Below, one piece after another: positions 63,931 through 64,000 of a stretch of 64,000 nt of DNA; positions within the stretch are counted from its first letter, which is position 1, and every line of letters begins with the position of its first letter. This DNA comes from a virus. A model generated the notes under the pieces. The model had not been told where the DNA came from and ran no database searches. It saw nothing but the letters and a program-made list of their open reading frames with translations. The stretch lies in IMG/VR virus record IMGVR_UViG_3300020152_000019, one strand, 5' to 3'. The translations under genes were made by a program, and so were the position numbers.

Positions 63931-64000
63931 ATGAAACTGAAATTCACGAAAGACGCACAAGCAGTTATCGATGAAATTGCTAAACTTCCTACTCAAACTT
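63931..64000 (+). CDS. partial CDS running off the window
   Basis: AGGAG RBS, MKLKFTKDAQ... Confidence 0.6.
   Translation, partial: MKLKFTKDAQAVIDEIAKLPTQT

Noticed and set aside
1-64000. Stop-codon reassignment
   Set aside because: TAA, TAG and TGA all end full-length genes at sensible positions followed by an RBS or terminator; no suppressor tRNA seen

Overview
AT-rich 64-kb segment of a phiKZ-like jumbo phage, read in the standard genetic code. The assignment rests on a virion RNA polymerase beta fragment, a split family-B DNA polymerase exonuclease subunit, a UvsX/RecA-like ATPase, a central spike and a tandem array of protease-processed head proteins. About 1-44.5 kb is mostly core virion and replication genes, with two paralogous Kelch-propeller tail fibres. 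About 44.5-60.7 kb is an accessory region of small genes behind a repeated TTACATATATA promoter-like motif; it holds tRNAs, an HNH nuclease, a QueC-like protein, a thermonuclease and a complete methyl-accepting chemotaxis receptor. About 60.7-63.9 kb is an RNA island: tRNA-Leu(UAA) split by a group I intron, a second free-standing group-I-derived RNA with a highly structured 5' extension, a circularly permuted two-piece tmRNA, tRNA-Arg(UCU) and an unidentified ~500-nt structured RNA. Other highlights are a RuvC-less TnpB-like miniprotein, a candidate -1 ribosomal frameshift (G/GT-like), a tRNA-Ser with the rare ACU anticodon and a DUF4326-PolB in-frame fusion. A betaproteobacterial host is inferred only from the style of the receptor and the tRNA-Asn remnant. 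All family assignments come from motif recognition by eye, not from database searches.
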